A stretch of 64,000 nt of DNA from Glycera tridactyla (taxonomy: Eukaryota), in assembly GCA_965644265.1 (NCBI GenBank), contig OZ286460.1, positions 100,316,001 to 100,380,000 on the forward strand, written 5' to 3'. Of this stretch, positions 39,084-50,200 are shown in pieces (within the stretch, counting starts at the first letter, position 1; each line of letters starts with the position of its first letter). Under the pieces are notes generated by a model. It worked only from the letters and a program-made list of their open reading frames with translations. It searched no databases and was not told the DNA's origin. The position numbers were made by a program, and so were the translations under genes.

Positions 39084-39143
39084 GAATACCCACATCCCAA
39101 ATGTTTATTTCTCCTGGCGATGCTGCAATGGCCATCTTGTCTC
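39084..39143 (-). CDS. Putative second exon of the divergent gene (R-DKMAIAASPGEINIWDVGI)
   Basis: tttgttgtag acceptor and C|GTGAGT donor; 60 nt, phase 1 to 1, compatible with the putative exon 1. The peptide ends like a WD40 strand (INIWD). No orthologue recognised. Confidence 0.35.
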
Positions 39144-39300
39144 CTACAACAAACCTTATTCCCTGAGAGATCGCAGTGCTAAAACATGTGTGAGTTGAAT
39201 GTTTGAATGTATCACAATGAGAGAAATTTGGTTCGAAAAAGAAACACAAACTCTCACCCATTTTTATTTATGTAGCATGAGTGATGATTATTGAGATGTG

Positions 39301-39340
39301 AGCAAGCTTTCGGCCCATCATAGGGACTTCATCAGGTGTA
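39301..39340 (-). ncRNA. Minimal type I hammerhead ribozyme core (Penelope-associated type), probably degenerate
   Basis: Minus strand reads TACAC-CTGATGA-A-GTCCC-TATGAT-GGGCC-GAAA-GCTT-GCT. Core boxes are intact, stem II pairs 4/5, stem III is the palindrome AGCT, the cleavage triplet is CUU, and stem I is poorly paired. Confidence 0.45.
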
Positions 39341-40884
39341 CATTCTATGTGTCTGATCATCCAGCTCATGCGACAGGGGAAAGTTCTATTTCACTTGGCT
39401 GTATTGAAGCACTGCAATTACAGATTCATTGCTATGTACCAATCCAGGAAAGGCAAAACAGCCAACATGCTCCTGTGGTGGTGGGGGGGGGGGAGAAATT
39501 GAATGCTGACATGAAGGGCAGTCTTTATAGGGAGGTGGTCTTTATAGAAAGGTGGTCTTTAGAGGAGGTTCGACTACATCTGACAGGGCTCTACATTGGC
39601 CAAAATATTTAGGAGCCGGCTGGCTCCAAAATGTAATCTTTGGTAGCCAGCGCAGAATTTTGGTAGCCAGTCAATACATTGCCAATTACAACCTCTCAAA
39701 ATTTTGGGGGCGTCTGGCTCCTAAATTTTAAAATATGGCATTCATAGGGTAAATTTGGTAGCCATTGGCTACCCACAGGTTGCAACATAGAGCCCTGTTT
39801 GACTATGTCAAATAGCAAAGCTGTCCTGTAGAAACATTCCAATCAAAGGTGGTCTCTCCTCGGGGTCTCTCGTCGCAGGTTCTGCTGTAAAATCAAATGT
39901 TCAATGTGATTTTCATACTGACCTGATGACATGAAATTTGTTAATCAATTTAAATCTCATTTCACAAGGGAGGGTTAATTCTGACAACAGCTTAGACCAA
40001 CAAGCAATTCTGCTGATGAACAATGACAATGCTCAGAAATCACCTACCCCTAATTGGCTTCAAGTGGCCCATTGGATAGCACTACATGTACATGGTTCCG
40101 GAGGCAGCCCACTCTATTTCAGCCCATAACACACCACCCACAAGCTACTCCTAATCACCACCATGAGACACATATAATAAGTGACAAAACTGTGTTGTCT
40201 AAAGAACAACATTTTCTGTAGGGAATTTGGCTTAATAAGCCATTCATTTTTCAGCCAATTTTCTTATGCTTTAGCTAAATGCATTATGAGATGACAGAAA
40301 TTTCACCATTACTGTCATTACTGACATGAGAAATGTTTTGCATCCACAAATATCAGTGAACACAAGCATAAAATCAAATTTGTTTGTTCAAGTGTTTTGA
40401 CTGATGGGTATCATTTCAGCCCAATACCGCTGCCAGAAACTGATACATTCTTATCTACTAAGTGCAACTCTCAAGTATTTTAGAGTGATTGAATTCTGAA
40501 CAATACCATCTTGTGCTAGCATATGTGTGTATGCTGAGAATCAGTATCATTATGGCTGGTTTGTAGGCACTTTTTATAGTGCTAGCCTGGGACCATTGCT
40601 TTCAGATCCCCGTTAGGGGCTCATACCACCACTCAACTCTGGTGGTGTGTAGCTCATGCCTGTTTAGGTGTTTTTGAGTAACACTGAATGACCTGTCATA
40701 CAGTCCATAGCCTTGGTGTAGTTATCATTTCATAGCATACAGTGTCGCTCCTCACAACTCTGCCATGGTCACCCTTCCCATGACAAGCTGCAGATTGCTT
40801 GTGAAGGATAAATGTGTGAAATGCCCCCATGCCCCACTGGATGCAACCCTGCTGATTCATGAGTGAGTTGGCTGAATGGGAATA

Positions 40885-41058
40885 CAGTGAAACCTGACGG
40901 GAGACTGCCCTAAATGTCACCAAAAAGCGGTCTCTCAAAACAGGTGGTCTCTCGCCGGATGTATATTTGACTGGGTCAAATAGAAAAGCTGCCTTGGTAA
41001 AGCGGTCTCCCGTTGGAGATGGTCTCTCGTCAGGGGTCTCTCGTCGCAGGCTTCACTG
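40885..41058. mobile_element. pogo/Tc1-mariner MITE family A (representative copy)
   Basis: TA|CAGTGAAACCT...GAGACC(A/G)C...AGG(T/C)TTCACTG|TA. Further full or partial copies near 2030-2213, 2660-2809, 3240-3330, 20180-20359, 26889-28513 (split by the LINE), 28532-28692, 31560-31724, 32127-32510, 33890-34010, 34805-34890, 37897-38050, 39800-39888, 42983-43114, 43168-44260, 47381-47540, 47700-47853 and 63890-64000. Confidence 0.85.
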
Positions 41059-41573
41059 TAGTTGCTTTAGTCAAATCAACCACAGGAAATATTGCTCTAG
41101 CACTAACGCAGTGAGGGGATCAATCTTCATAATCAATGATTGGTTCCAATGTTTAGCCATCAATTAAGGATATACGGGTATATATCATTGACTTTGTCGA
41201 GGATACAGTCCTTTCCATTTGCACTAGTTTAATTTCTTTAGCCAGTTTGCCTTTCTGTTGCCAGTTTTCGCCCCTGGCTAACTCGCTAATGTCCAGCGCA
41301 AATGAAACTAATCTTGTGCAAACCTCTGCCTCTCAAATAGTCTACATCCTGATAAACCTATAGAGAACATACAATTTTTTCCTTCAATACTTGGGTCTTC
41401 TGAACCGGTGTTTTAGCGGTGCTGTGTGTCGCAATATTGCGTGCAATGCTTACACCCCCTCCGGATACCAATGTAATTGGCAGTATACATCAGCTAACTG
41501 CTGACGACACGGAGGGGGTGTGCACGCACACTGGCTAAATGGAGGCTGCCATCTTGCTAAATTCAAATTCAGG

Positions 41574-41575
<2 letters not shown>

Positions 41576-41652
<77 letters not shown>
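41576..41652. repeat. (GA)n microsatellite
   Basis: Read directly. Other simple repeats: (CA)n ~19583-19647 and ~55168-55245, (CT)n ~61303-61439, (TGTCTC)n ~60583-60618, (CCA/CAA)n ~4445-4472 and ~57085-57140, (ATT/GTT)n ~59395-59462. Confidence 0.95.
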
Positions 41653-41655
<3 letters not shown>

Positions 41656-42233
41656 CCCTATATCTCCTCTCGCTATCCAAATGTCCATGCTACCTACTTC
41701 AACAACCATTTCTCTCTCTGCCGGGCACTCTGATGCCTTGCATCAAGTTTTCTTGTTTCAATCTGATGCAGGGTTGGGAAACGCACCCGTCACGTTTGGA
41801 CTTCAGACCTAATTACCACCACCTGTTGATTGAGCATCACTGCGTCCATCACTGCAATGATGGGACCATCTATTATATACCCTACTCGTAGCCTAGAATA
41901 ACAATAGATTTGCTTCACGAAAGCACGCTCGCTAAGTCATCAATCATGTCCCATGCCGTAATGACCGGCGAGAAATTGATGCCAAGAGAGTATCCCTAAA
42001 GCGGCGGGGCCCTCGTGGTTTCGTTTTCACAAACGGGGTACCCACTTTGCCCCAAGTGGGGCAACAAACCCGCGGGATGCAATCAGCGAGTTAGCGGGGA
42101 AATGCTCATCGAGCGAGACAAAAACGCAATTACAGGCTCCCTAGATGCAACCATCGGAAAAGAAACTATCCATCAAAACGACCAGCATGAGCACATTTAC
42201 CAATGTCGGAAAATAAACATGTAAATTACTCAC

Positions 42234-42255
42234 TCCCAGGATGTGTAGCTGCCAT
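42234..42255 (-). CDS. Putative first coding exon (MAATHPG, phase 1) of an unidentified gene divergent from OPA3
   Basis: Minus strand reads aatATGGCAGCTACACATCCTGGGA|GTGAGT: a good start context, a consensus donor, and a position at the edge of the CpG-rich promoter. No family recognised. Confidence 0.45.
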
Positions 42256-42524
42256 ATTCGAGGCTTAAGTTAGACCGCCATAGTAAACATTCATATTCAT
42301 GAGTATCTCATGCATTATTCAGTATCTACAACTCGTTGATTATGGCGAGAAATAAATATGATATGATATTTTTCTGATGATTACAAAGAAAGTCTAATGC
42401 AGAAACAGGTGAATTCCGGTTGATTTAATTTCGCTTTCGTTTTCAGCAAGCGGATCCCGAAATTCCCAGAACTTCCGGTGAAGGGTGAAGAGGCAAACAT
42501 CCGGTTTATACCGCGGCTGTCAGA
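42256..42524. promoter_or_regulatory. Probable bidirectional housekeeping promoter
   Basis: Lies between two divergent ATGs (42255 minus, 42525 plus) inside a locally CpG-rich stretch (~41900-42800). It has an ETS/GABP-type ACTTCCGG at 42471-42478 and further TCCGG cores. Confidence 0.6.
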
Positions 42525-42660
42525 ATGGTCGCTTTTCCAGTTGCCAAACTGGGCTATTTGGCCATCAAACAAATTGCTAAACCAGTTGCCAATGCTATGA
42601 AGAGTAGTGCCAGGAATTCGCCATTCTTTCGCGTATGGGTCTTACAGAAACCCGCTCAAT
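42525..42660 (+). CDS. OPA3: OPA3 (optic atrophy 3, mitochondrial outer-membrane protein) coding exon 1
   Basis: Translates to MVAFPVAKLGYLAIKQIAKPVANAMKSSARNSPFFRVWVLQKPAQ, matching the OPA3 N-terminus (human [47 protein letters not shown]). It ends one base into a codon at a GTGAGT donor (42661). Confidence 0.95.
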
Positions 42661-43245
42661 GTGAGTCTCCAGTCACTTAATTTCCTATTATCGCTCAGGC
42701 CAATGTGTCATCTGTCACTGTCAGTGTCGCTCTCAGAGATCAAGGTTACCACAGTTTACGCTCCACCCAGGCGCGACTAAAACATACCTACTTTCCATAA
42801 TTCTTTTCCACTTTGCATGTGACCTTTGTTTCTCAGGATTTTCTTTGCCGAAAAGAGAGTTTGGCCTCTGGGATATTTGTTGTTGTTAATGTTGTGATCT
42901 TATATCTGTTGTTGTTAAACCATTCTACAAAAAACACCCTCATTCGCGTAGCAAAGTGTGTTTTGTAGACTAAATCAGAGTGCAGTGAAACCTGTAACGA
43001 GAGACCACCTGTGACAGGAGACCATTTCAGTGGGGTCAAACAACAGACCGTCTCTTTTAAGAGACCACATTTTGGAGCCATATAGGGTGGTCTCTCATCG
43101 CAGGTTTCACTGTACACAAGTTCCACTCTGTTACCCCCAAAGGTGCCTTCTTATAGAAAAATCAGAGTACAGTGAAACCTCTAACGAGAGACCACCTGTG
43201 ACAGGAGACCATTTCAGTGGGGTCAAACAATAGACTCTCTTTTAA

Positions 43246-44198
43246 CAGGTCGCGGACGACGTCCAAATTGGCCAACATTGGCCATTTGAGCAGCGTTGGA
43301 CAATTGACGGACGGGAAATACCCTGATCACGTGACCGCGCTAAAAATAGATTTCGATAAATTTCGAATATTCGCAAATATCGGCGATGAATAGTGACAAA
43401 TACTTCAAATGATACCAACAAACATCATCTCTTGTTGAAGAGCAATCGTTTTCATTCACTTTCAGGTGCAAAAAGCTGCAAATGGCGGCGTTCTTAGCGA
43501 GATTCCATGCCTGGACGAACGCCGCCAGGGGTCGCTAACCTGAGAAGGCGGGAGCTTGTCACTTTGCCATGGCGAAAGTTTGCTGTAAAATCGTAAATTT
43601 GCCCTCGGATTTGGAGAGGATAAACATGTTGAAAAATTATGAAACTTCAAACGAGTGATCTCTGAACTCTTGTCATTAGAACTCTGTATTCGCTTTGGTT
43701 GTATTTTGTGGGGTTGCTGAAATATCCAGCTTCAAAGTTGGGAGGTTGGCGAGTGAAAAAACAAGATGGCGGCGATTGTTTACATCCGAAACCGCCGACT
43801 TTCGGCCACGATATACAAAAATGAGGACATAGAAATCAAAATGTAGTACATACAATCAATGGGGAATTTAGTTTTTTTTATACTTACGAAAAATCTCGTT
43901 GCGGCAGCTTCCTCAATTTTGCGCGCAGAGGAATTGCTGTAGGGAGGTTGAGATTTGGGATCGTTGTCACTCGAAAAATTCATGACCAGCGCTGAGAAAC
44001 GGGACCGATAGCTTCAAAAATGTCCATGTTTATTCGTTATTGTGTCTCTCATCAGTTTGTGTGGGATTTATATTGAAAATTCACTTCTAATGGCGAGAAT
44101 CTGTGTTTTCTCAAGCGTCCGTTAATTGACAGGCGTTGGTCAAATGGCCAACGCTGAATTGGGCAACGTTGGCCAATATGGACGTCGTCCGCGACCTG
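43246..44198. mobile_element. 953-bp non-autonomous DNA transposon with long imperfect TIRs and a TTTAA duplication
   Basis: TIR CAGGTCGCGGACGACGTCCA(A/T)ATTGGCCAAC, extending imperfectly to ~70 bp. TTTAA at 43241-43245 and 44199-44203. It interrupts a MITE whose uninterrupted twin lies at ~42983-43114. No ORF of note. Confidence 0.88.
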
Positions 44199-44694
44199 TT
44201 TAAGAGACCACATTTTGGAGCCATATAGAGCGGTCTCTCATACCCCAAAGCCTTCTTATAGAGAGGCACAGATCATATAGATTCGTAGTGACCAGTGAAG
44301 GTCTAGTCATACAGCGGAACCTGTCTATAAAGACCAGCTTCGGTCTCATCAAAAAGTGGTCTCTATAGGCAGGTGATCTTTAAAGAGAGGTCATTTACTG
44401 TTTGAAATACTATCACAATCACTGTCCAGAGTGGCCTTTATAGGCAGGTGGTCATTATAGAGAGGTGGTATTTGGAGCAGGTTCAACTGTATATGGCAAA
44501 TCTTGCTCATTTTGGTCACCCATCATTGCATGAGCATGGCTTGCAGTTGGAAACAAAGATGTCCATTTGAGAACTGGAGTGACTGTACCTATCCCCTTCC
44601 CACAATGAGGAAATGGGGAGCCAGTCAAATCTGATTTGCGACCTTGGTAGTATTTTCATTAGAAGATGACCTTTATAAAGACCACCTGCCTGTA

Positions 44695-46072
44695 AAGCCC
44701 CGTTCCCACCTGCACGACCTTGCTCATGACCGCAGCCGACTTCATTTGACACAACTGATGACCTATTTTTCTCCAGGTTCACGATTTTAACAACCTCAGA
44801 CAACCCTTGGAAGTCTTTGAGACAACTATCCAATCACTTGGACACAACCACCCACAACCAGTCATGCATTCAGACACAAACAGCCATGAGAGTCGGCGTC
44901 AATTCGCCGATGTGGGTACAACCTCGACACAACCACACATGAAGCGAGCCAACCTCGAGACAACCCCTACAACCAGCTCACAACTGCACATGACAAGTCA
45001 TGATCCACACCCAACTTCGACACAACTTTCACACAACTGCTCACAACTTCACACAACTACACATAACTAGAAGCAAGGTCGTGTTTGCATAATCCACTTG
45101 TTGCTGTCATCATGATTGCTGTCAGTGTCATTGTTGCTGTCTTTATCGTCGTCGGCATCACCGCCACCACAACCACCACCTCCACCACCAACCCCCAGGA
45201 TGAGAAGAGATAGCCGCCCACCTGCCTGGGTCAGGTAGTTTTTTCTGGTGGGCAGGTGGAAATCATCATGAACAGGGTGAGAAGAGATAGCCGCCCACTT
45301 GCCCGGGCAGGTGGATTTTCCTGGTGGGCAGGTAGAAAATGAACATAAATGACTTGCTCATATAGGTAGGGCAGGTGGATTTTCCGGGGAGGGGGGGGGG
45401 GGGCAGGTGGATTTTCTTGATGTCATCTCACCCTGATGAATGACTTGCATATGTAAGCAGGGCAGGTTGATTTTCCAGGTGGGCAGGTTAATTTTTCTGA
45501 TGTCTTCTCACTCTGCCCACGCCTCCACCACTACCACCACCACCATCACCACCACAACAGCTACCATCACTATCACCACCAATACCACCTATGCCAACAC
45601 CACAAATACCAATGTCATCTGCACTCCCCTGAGATTATGACCAAGTTGTCTTTTCCTCATCGCCGACTTCACAGATATGGTCGTGAGAGGTTGTGAGTGT
45701 TGTTGCCTGTAGTTGCCAACCATGTCATGGGAATTGTCTGAGGTTGTGAACAGGTTGTGTGTGAAACGTGTGATGGTCGCCGACTGTGGAAAACCAATAT
45801 TGGCGACCAAACGATTTCATTTCATCGGGGACTTCATCACAACCATGCACAACCTGCCCACAAGCTTCACACAACTTGGGCACAACCTACGTTCAGTCGG
45901 CGTGAATTTTGAACATGCACAAAATTTACGTGTGCCCCTCACACGACCGCTCACAACTGAACAAGACCGCTCACAACTGAACAAGACTTCACACGACCAT
46001 ACACGACTACACAAGATCATAGCAAATACGTGTCTAGTCATGACTGAGGTCGTGTAAGTGGAAACGGGGCTT
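44695..46072. mobile_element. PIF/Harbinger-like non-autonomous element (or two adjacent copies), with insertions
   Basis: Ends AAGCCCCGTTCCCACCTGCACGACC and GGTCGTGTAAGTGGAAACGGGGCTT; CACAAC/GTTGTG-rich arms. The TSD is imperfect (GTA/GGA). It contains the nested hAT5-like MITEs. Confidence 0.65.
45273..45435. mobile_element. 5-bp-TSD MITE nested in a copy of its own family (outer copy 45196-45515)
   Basis: ATGAA|CAGGGTGAGAAGA ... TCTCACCCTG|ATGAA. The outer copy begins CAGGATGAGAAGA and ends TCTCACTCTG. Confidence 0.8.
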
Positions 46073-46562
46073 GGAGGCCACTTTTTTATGCGGCTGGAGG
46101 CAGAGTCAAACCTGCTCCTGAGACCACCTATCTATAAAGACCATCTACCTATAAAGGCCACCCTGAGCTTCTACTTTAATGATCTTTTCAATAGTAAGTG
46201 ACCTCTATGAAAACCACCTGCCTAAAAGGCCACTTTTTGGTGTGACAGGAGGTAGCCTCTATAGACATGTCGGCTGTACGTCCTCAGTCATATTCGTGGG
46301 TTGGGTAGGGAGTCCAGGGTCTCTATGGATGGCAGCCACCAATGGACGCAGGTCATTTTCTTTGACGTGATGCCATCGTGGATGATGTGGCCTAGATGAA
46401 GCATCATCCCTTCTCTCTTTCTCATACCTTAAGACTTTCTGCAATCTTTCTTTAGGCATTTTCTACCAAAATTACACTATCACCATGGTTCCTTTCTCTT
46501 CACCTCTTTTCTAGGTCAAGTTATTTCCACAAGGATCACATTCTTTTCTCTGTGTGTTTCAG

Positions 46563-46969
46563 TTTACCATTCGCTGGAGACAGGCATCAGGATGAGGATT
46601 CTTGGACTGGGAAAGTCGAAGACAGTGAAGCCACTCACAGATGAAGCCGCTGTAGACCTTGGTGCTGATATGCTCGGTGAAATTGTCGTATTTGGTGTGG
46701 GTACAGCTATAATATGGGCCGAATATCACCGTCAGTCGAAAGACAAGCAGGCTAAAGAAGATGTACAAAACACTCGTCTTGTTGAACTTGAGAGCCACTT
46801 GAATCAACTTTCATTTCAGATCGAATTACAAAATAAGACTATCAAAGATCTCCACCGTGCTGTGACTGGGTCGAGTGATGAACACTCAGGGTCATCAAAT
46901 TTACCAGCATCTTTCAAAAGTTCAAAGTCGGGCATCACACTTTTAGTAGAAAATACTGATAAATCCTGA
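46563..46969 (+). CDS. OPA3: OPA3 coding exon 2
   Basis: Pyrimidine-rich acceptor ...ttttctctgtgtgtttcag (46562). The phase-1 join gives F-YHSLETGIRMRILGLGKSKTVKPLTDEAAVDLGADMLGEIVVFGVGTAIIWAEYHRQ..., matching human [39 protein letters not shown]. Stop TGA at 46967-46969; total 180 aa. Confidence 0.95.
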
Positions 46970-47220
46970 TAAGAGTGTTTACCGTGATGAAAACAATGTT
47001 GTTTTTGTTTTATTTGTTAGCATATATTGTTTTGATTTGAAGGAAGTCCCCCCTCTTGTGTATTCAAACTAGTAGTGAAAAGGTCATAGTTTGGCAATCC
47101 TTGTACACAGTTCAACACCTGTCATATTCACATTTCTGGGAAATCTGTAGATCTCATATTTTCAAGCTAGCTTCTAAATGACCATTAAGGTGTGTGAACA
47201 ATTTTTATATTCATAATTGT

Positions 47221-47230
47221 AATAAATAAA
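47221..47230 (+). terminator. Probable OPA3 polyadenylation signal (overlapping AATAAA x2)
   Basis: AATAAATAAA lies about 250 nt after the OPA3 stop, following a U-rich 3'UTR. Confidence 0.55.
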
Positions 47231-50200
47231 GAGGAACTTTGAACAGCTAGGACTGAGATAAATATTGAAGTACCCTAGATACAGTTGAACCTGTCCACAA
47301 AGACCACTTTTGGTCAGATCAAAAAGTGGTCTTTATAGGCAGGTGGTATTTAGAGGTGGTCTTCAGAGCAGGTTTGTCTGTACAGTGAAACCTGTGATGA
47401 GAGACCATCCTAAATGTCACCAAATAGAGGTAGTATCACATTGTAGGTATATTTGACGATGTAAACTAGGAAAGCTGCCTTGAAAAAGTGGTCTCGGTTC
47501 GGAGGTGGTCTCTCCTCGGGGTCTCTCATCGCAGATTCAATCTACCTCAAAATGTGTTCACTCAAGACAGGTGCAGGTGACAGGGATAATTGCAATGGAA
47601 AGAAAACAAGAGCGCCGTGAGATCTCAGAGAGAGACAGACAGAGAGACAGACAGACAGAGCCAGACAGAGAGTGGGGGAGAGAGGTTGATGTTTAGATGG
47701 ATGGATGGAGGAATAGACCACCTCCGATAGAAGACCGCTTTTCCTGGGCTGCTTTGCTTTTTGATACAGTCAAATGTACCTCCCGACGAGAGACCACCTC
47801 TTTTGAGTGACCACTCATTGGTGAAAGGGCAGTCTCATCGCAGGCTTCAGTGTAGCGGTCCACTTGGCGATCAACAGCACTCGCTGGTGACAGTTCCTCA
47901 TGCAACAACGGCCTTGTGAGAATGCAATGAAGCGTCACGGGTCTGCCCACCGTGAGCTGGATGAACTGGTTTTTTTTGCACGCATCACATTCAAGCTGCC
48001 GAGATCTGTGTGCCGTGGTAATCTGCCACAAAAATGAGTGTAGAGAGAATATCATATTCGTAATCACTACATTTCCTCAAATTGTCGTTCATCAGACCAA
48101 AAAATCATATTAGAATTGTGTTCGATTAGATCATTTGCACCTTTTACACAGCTTTGATCAAGATTCATTTGATGATATCAGCATCGAGAGTCAGAATCGG
48201 CGAAGTTAGTATGAGTGTGGAGCAGAGAGATGATAGCATAGAGATCTCCAGCTGCAGACGGAGATCTCAAAAAGGGGCACTGGACAAATGCTTGCTCATT
48301 GCAGGAAATTACTCATTGATGTGCTTGTTGCAGGTTCCACTCTACTCATGAAGAAATCATGCATAACTACATTCATGTAATTTAAAGCAGGACCATTGGA
48401 TCTTTGTATCTGGAGATGTCAGTATTGCTTTGGAAGAATGCTGGGTGACTTTGCCCCAGAAAGTAATGTTGGGCTAGTCATAATGGTTAAAATGAGCCAA
48501 ACAACTCATTATTAATTACAAATATCTTACATGGATTTATTCAGACCTTCTTGAGTGATATAATGTTTTTTCCTCCAGTTATTGACTATTAAACCGAGTA
48601 GCTATCAAAGCAAGATATGAGACTTGAAGAAGCTGCTCATGCAGTCATGGCCAGAATGGCAATGGATGTAACTTGACATAGCTCTAATTTGCTCCAAAAA
48701 TTCGGGAGCCAGCTGGCTCTTTAAATTTTGGGTAGCCAGTGCAAAAAATCCTGCAGCCAGTCAATACATTGCCAATCGCAACCTCTCAAAATAGAGCCCT
48801 GCTTTAGCGAGCTTGACTGCAAAATGTGCCAATTTTTAACAACATTTCAGAACATTTTGAAATTGAACATCATATGCTTCGTCAAGGAAAATTGCAATTT
48901 GGCAAAATGTAAGGGAAATGACAGGAAATTCTGATATAAACACTGGGCAGTGAATCTCCCTTACACTGTGGTAGACTTGTCATGTTTGTCTTATCACAGA
49001 CATTTTGCACTATGCTTGTGTGTATTGTTGATTGTTTGTACACTACCCATATTCAAGAAAATGGTTAAGATAGGATGGAAATGAGTAGTTTTGGCAGGCA
49101 ATTTAGCAACATGTATCATGTGTCAACTTGCCAGGAATATCATATTTTGCCTGGGAATTTCACAGTGGTTCATGAGTGAACCCTCTGTTTATTATAAGTA
49201 TTGGATTAATTATCAGTATTGCTGTTGAGACCTGTCAGACCGCGGGTTCCCATAGCTCTGATGCAGAGTCACACATAGCCATTATGGTCTTCCTCACTCT
49301 GTTTTGCTAGCAGAATTTTCCTGATTCAAGCTCGCCAAAAACAAAACAATTTTTTTTATAGGTTCTTGATAGCCCAGCAGATTGAACGGTTGAAGGGGCT
49401 TATTTTTCGAGTTAAGGTAGCCCAAGGTATAACTCGATATGTTGAGGCTTCATCTGCTGCACTATGAGTCTTGTGATACAGCGAAACCAGCAGCAAGACA
49501 GACCACCTCTTGGGGGGACACCATTCTTTCAGGGCAGAATTTCTATATGAAATGTCATAATAATGATCAGATATATTTCCTGCGAGACTCCACCTCATTT
49601 GAGAAACTGCAATTTGGTGACATTGAGGGGGGGGGGGGGGGGGGCAATCTCTTGCTGCAAGTTTACTGCATGTGGTATTTCATACATTCAATGTATTTCT
49701 GACACAGGAGACATCAATTGTGGTCATTAATTTTCTTAGAATTTTCTTTCCTTACTCTCCACATCAACGATACATGTAAATTTTATATGTTGAACTTTAT
49801 TATTTCTTCAGACATTTACGAAAATGTACATAACAGAAACATCACCTTGAGTGTCTGTGAATTTCATAAATTTTCACCTGTTGGGGACCCAGAAGGAGGA
49901 ATCTTGAATGATTCCAACCATGGCCATTGCATGGGTGTAACAATATAGCACAAATGGAGCTGAGGTGATGTTAACCCAGAACCAATCAACCAACTTACAA
50001 GAAATTATTCCAATGATATTTCTCATACAATACTCAAAAAAAGGAGATGCAAACATCCTTGTTGAGTCTATCCAACTTTACAAGTTTGTCACAGATTCAT
50101 AAACACTTCGGTTGAGTATTCTCCTAACCTAATGCTTTTCTATGTGTCAAGTGCTGCGCTTTGCGAAAAAGAAAATGCATTGCTATCAGGCTTGGGTGTT

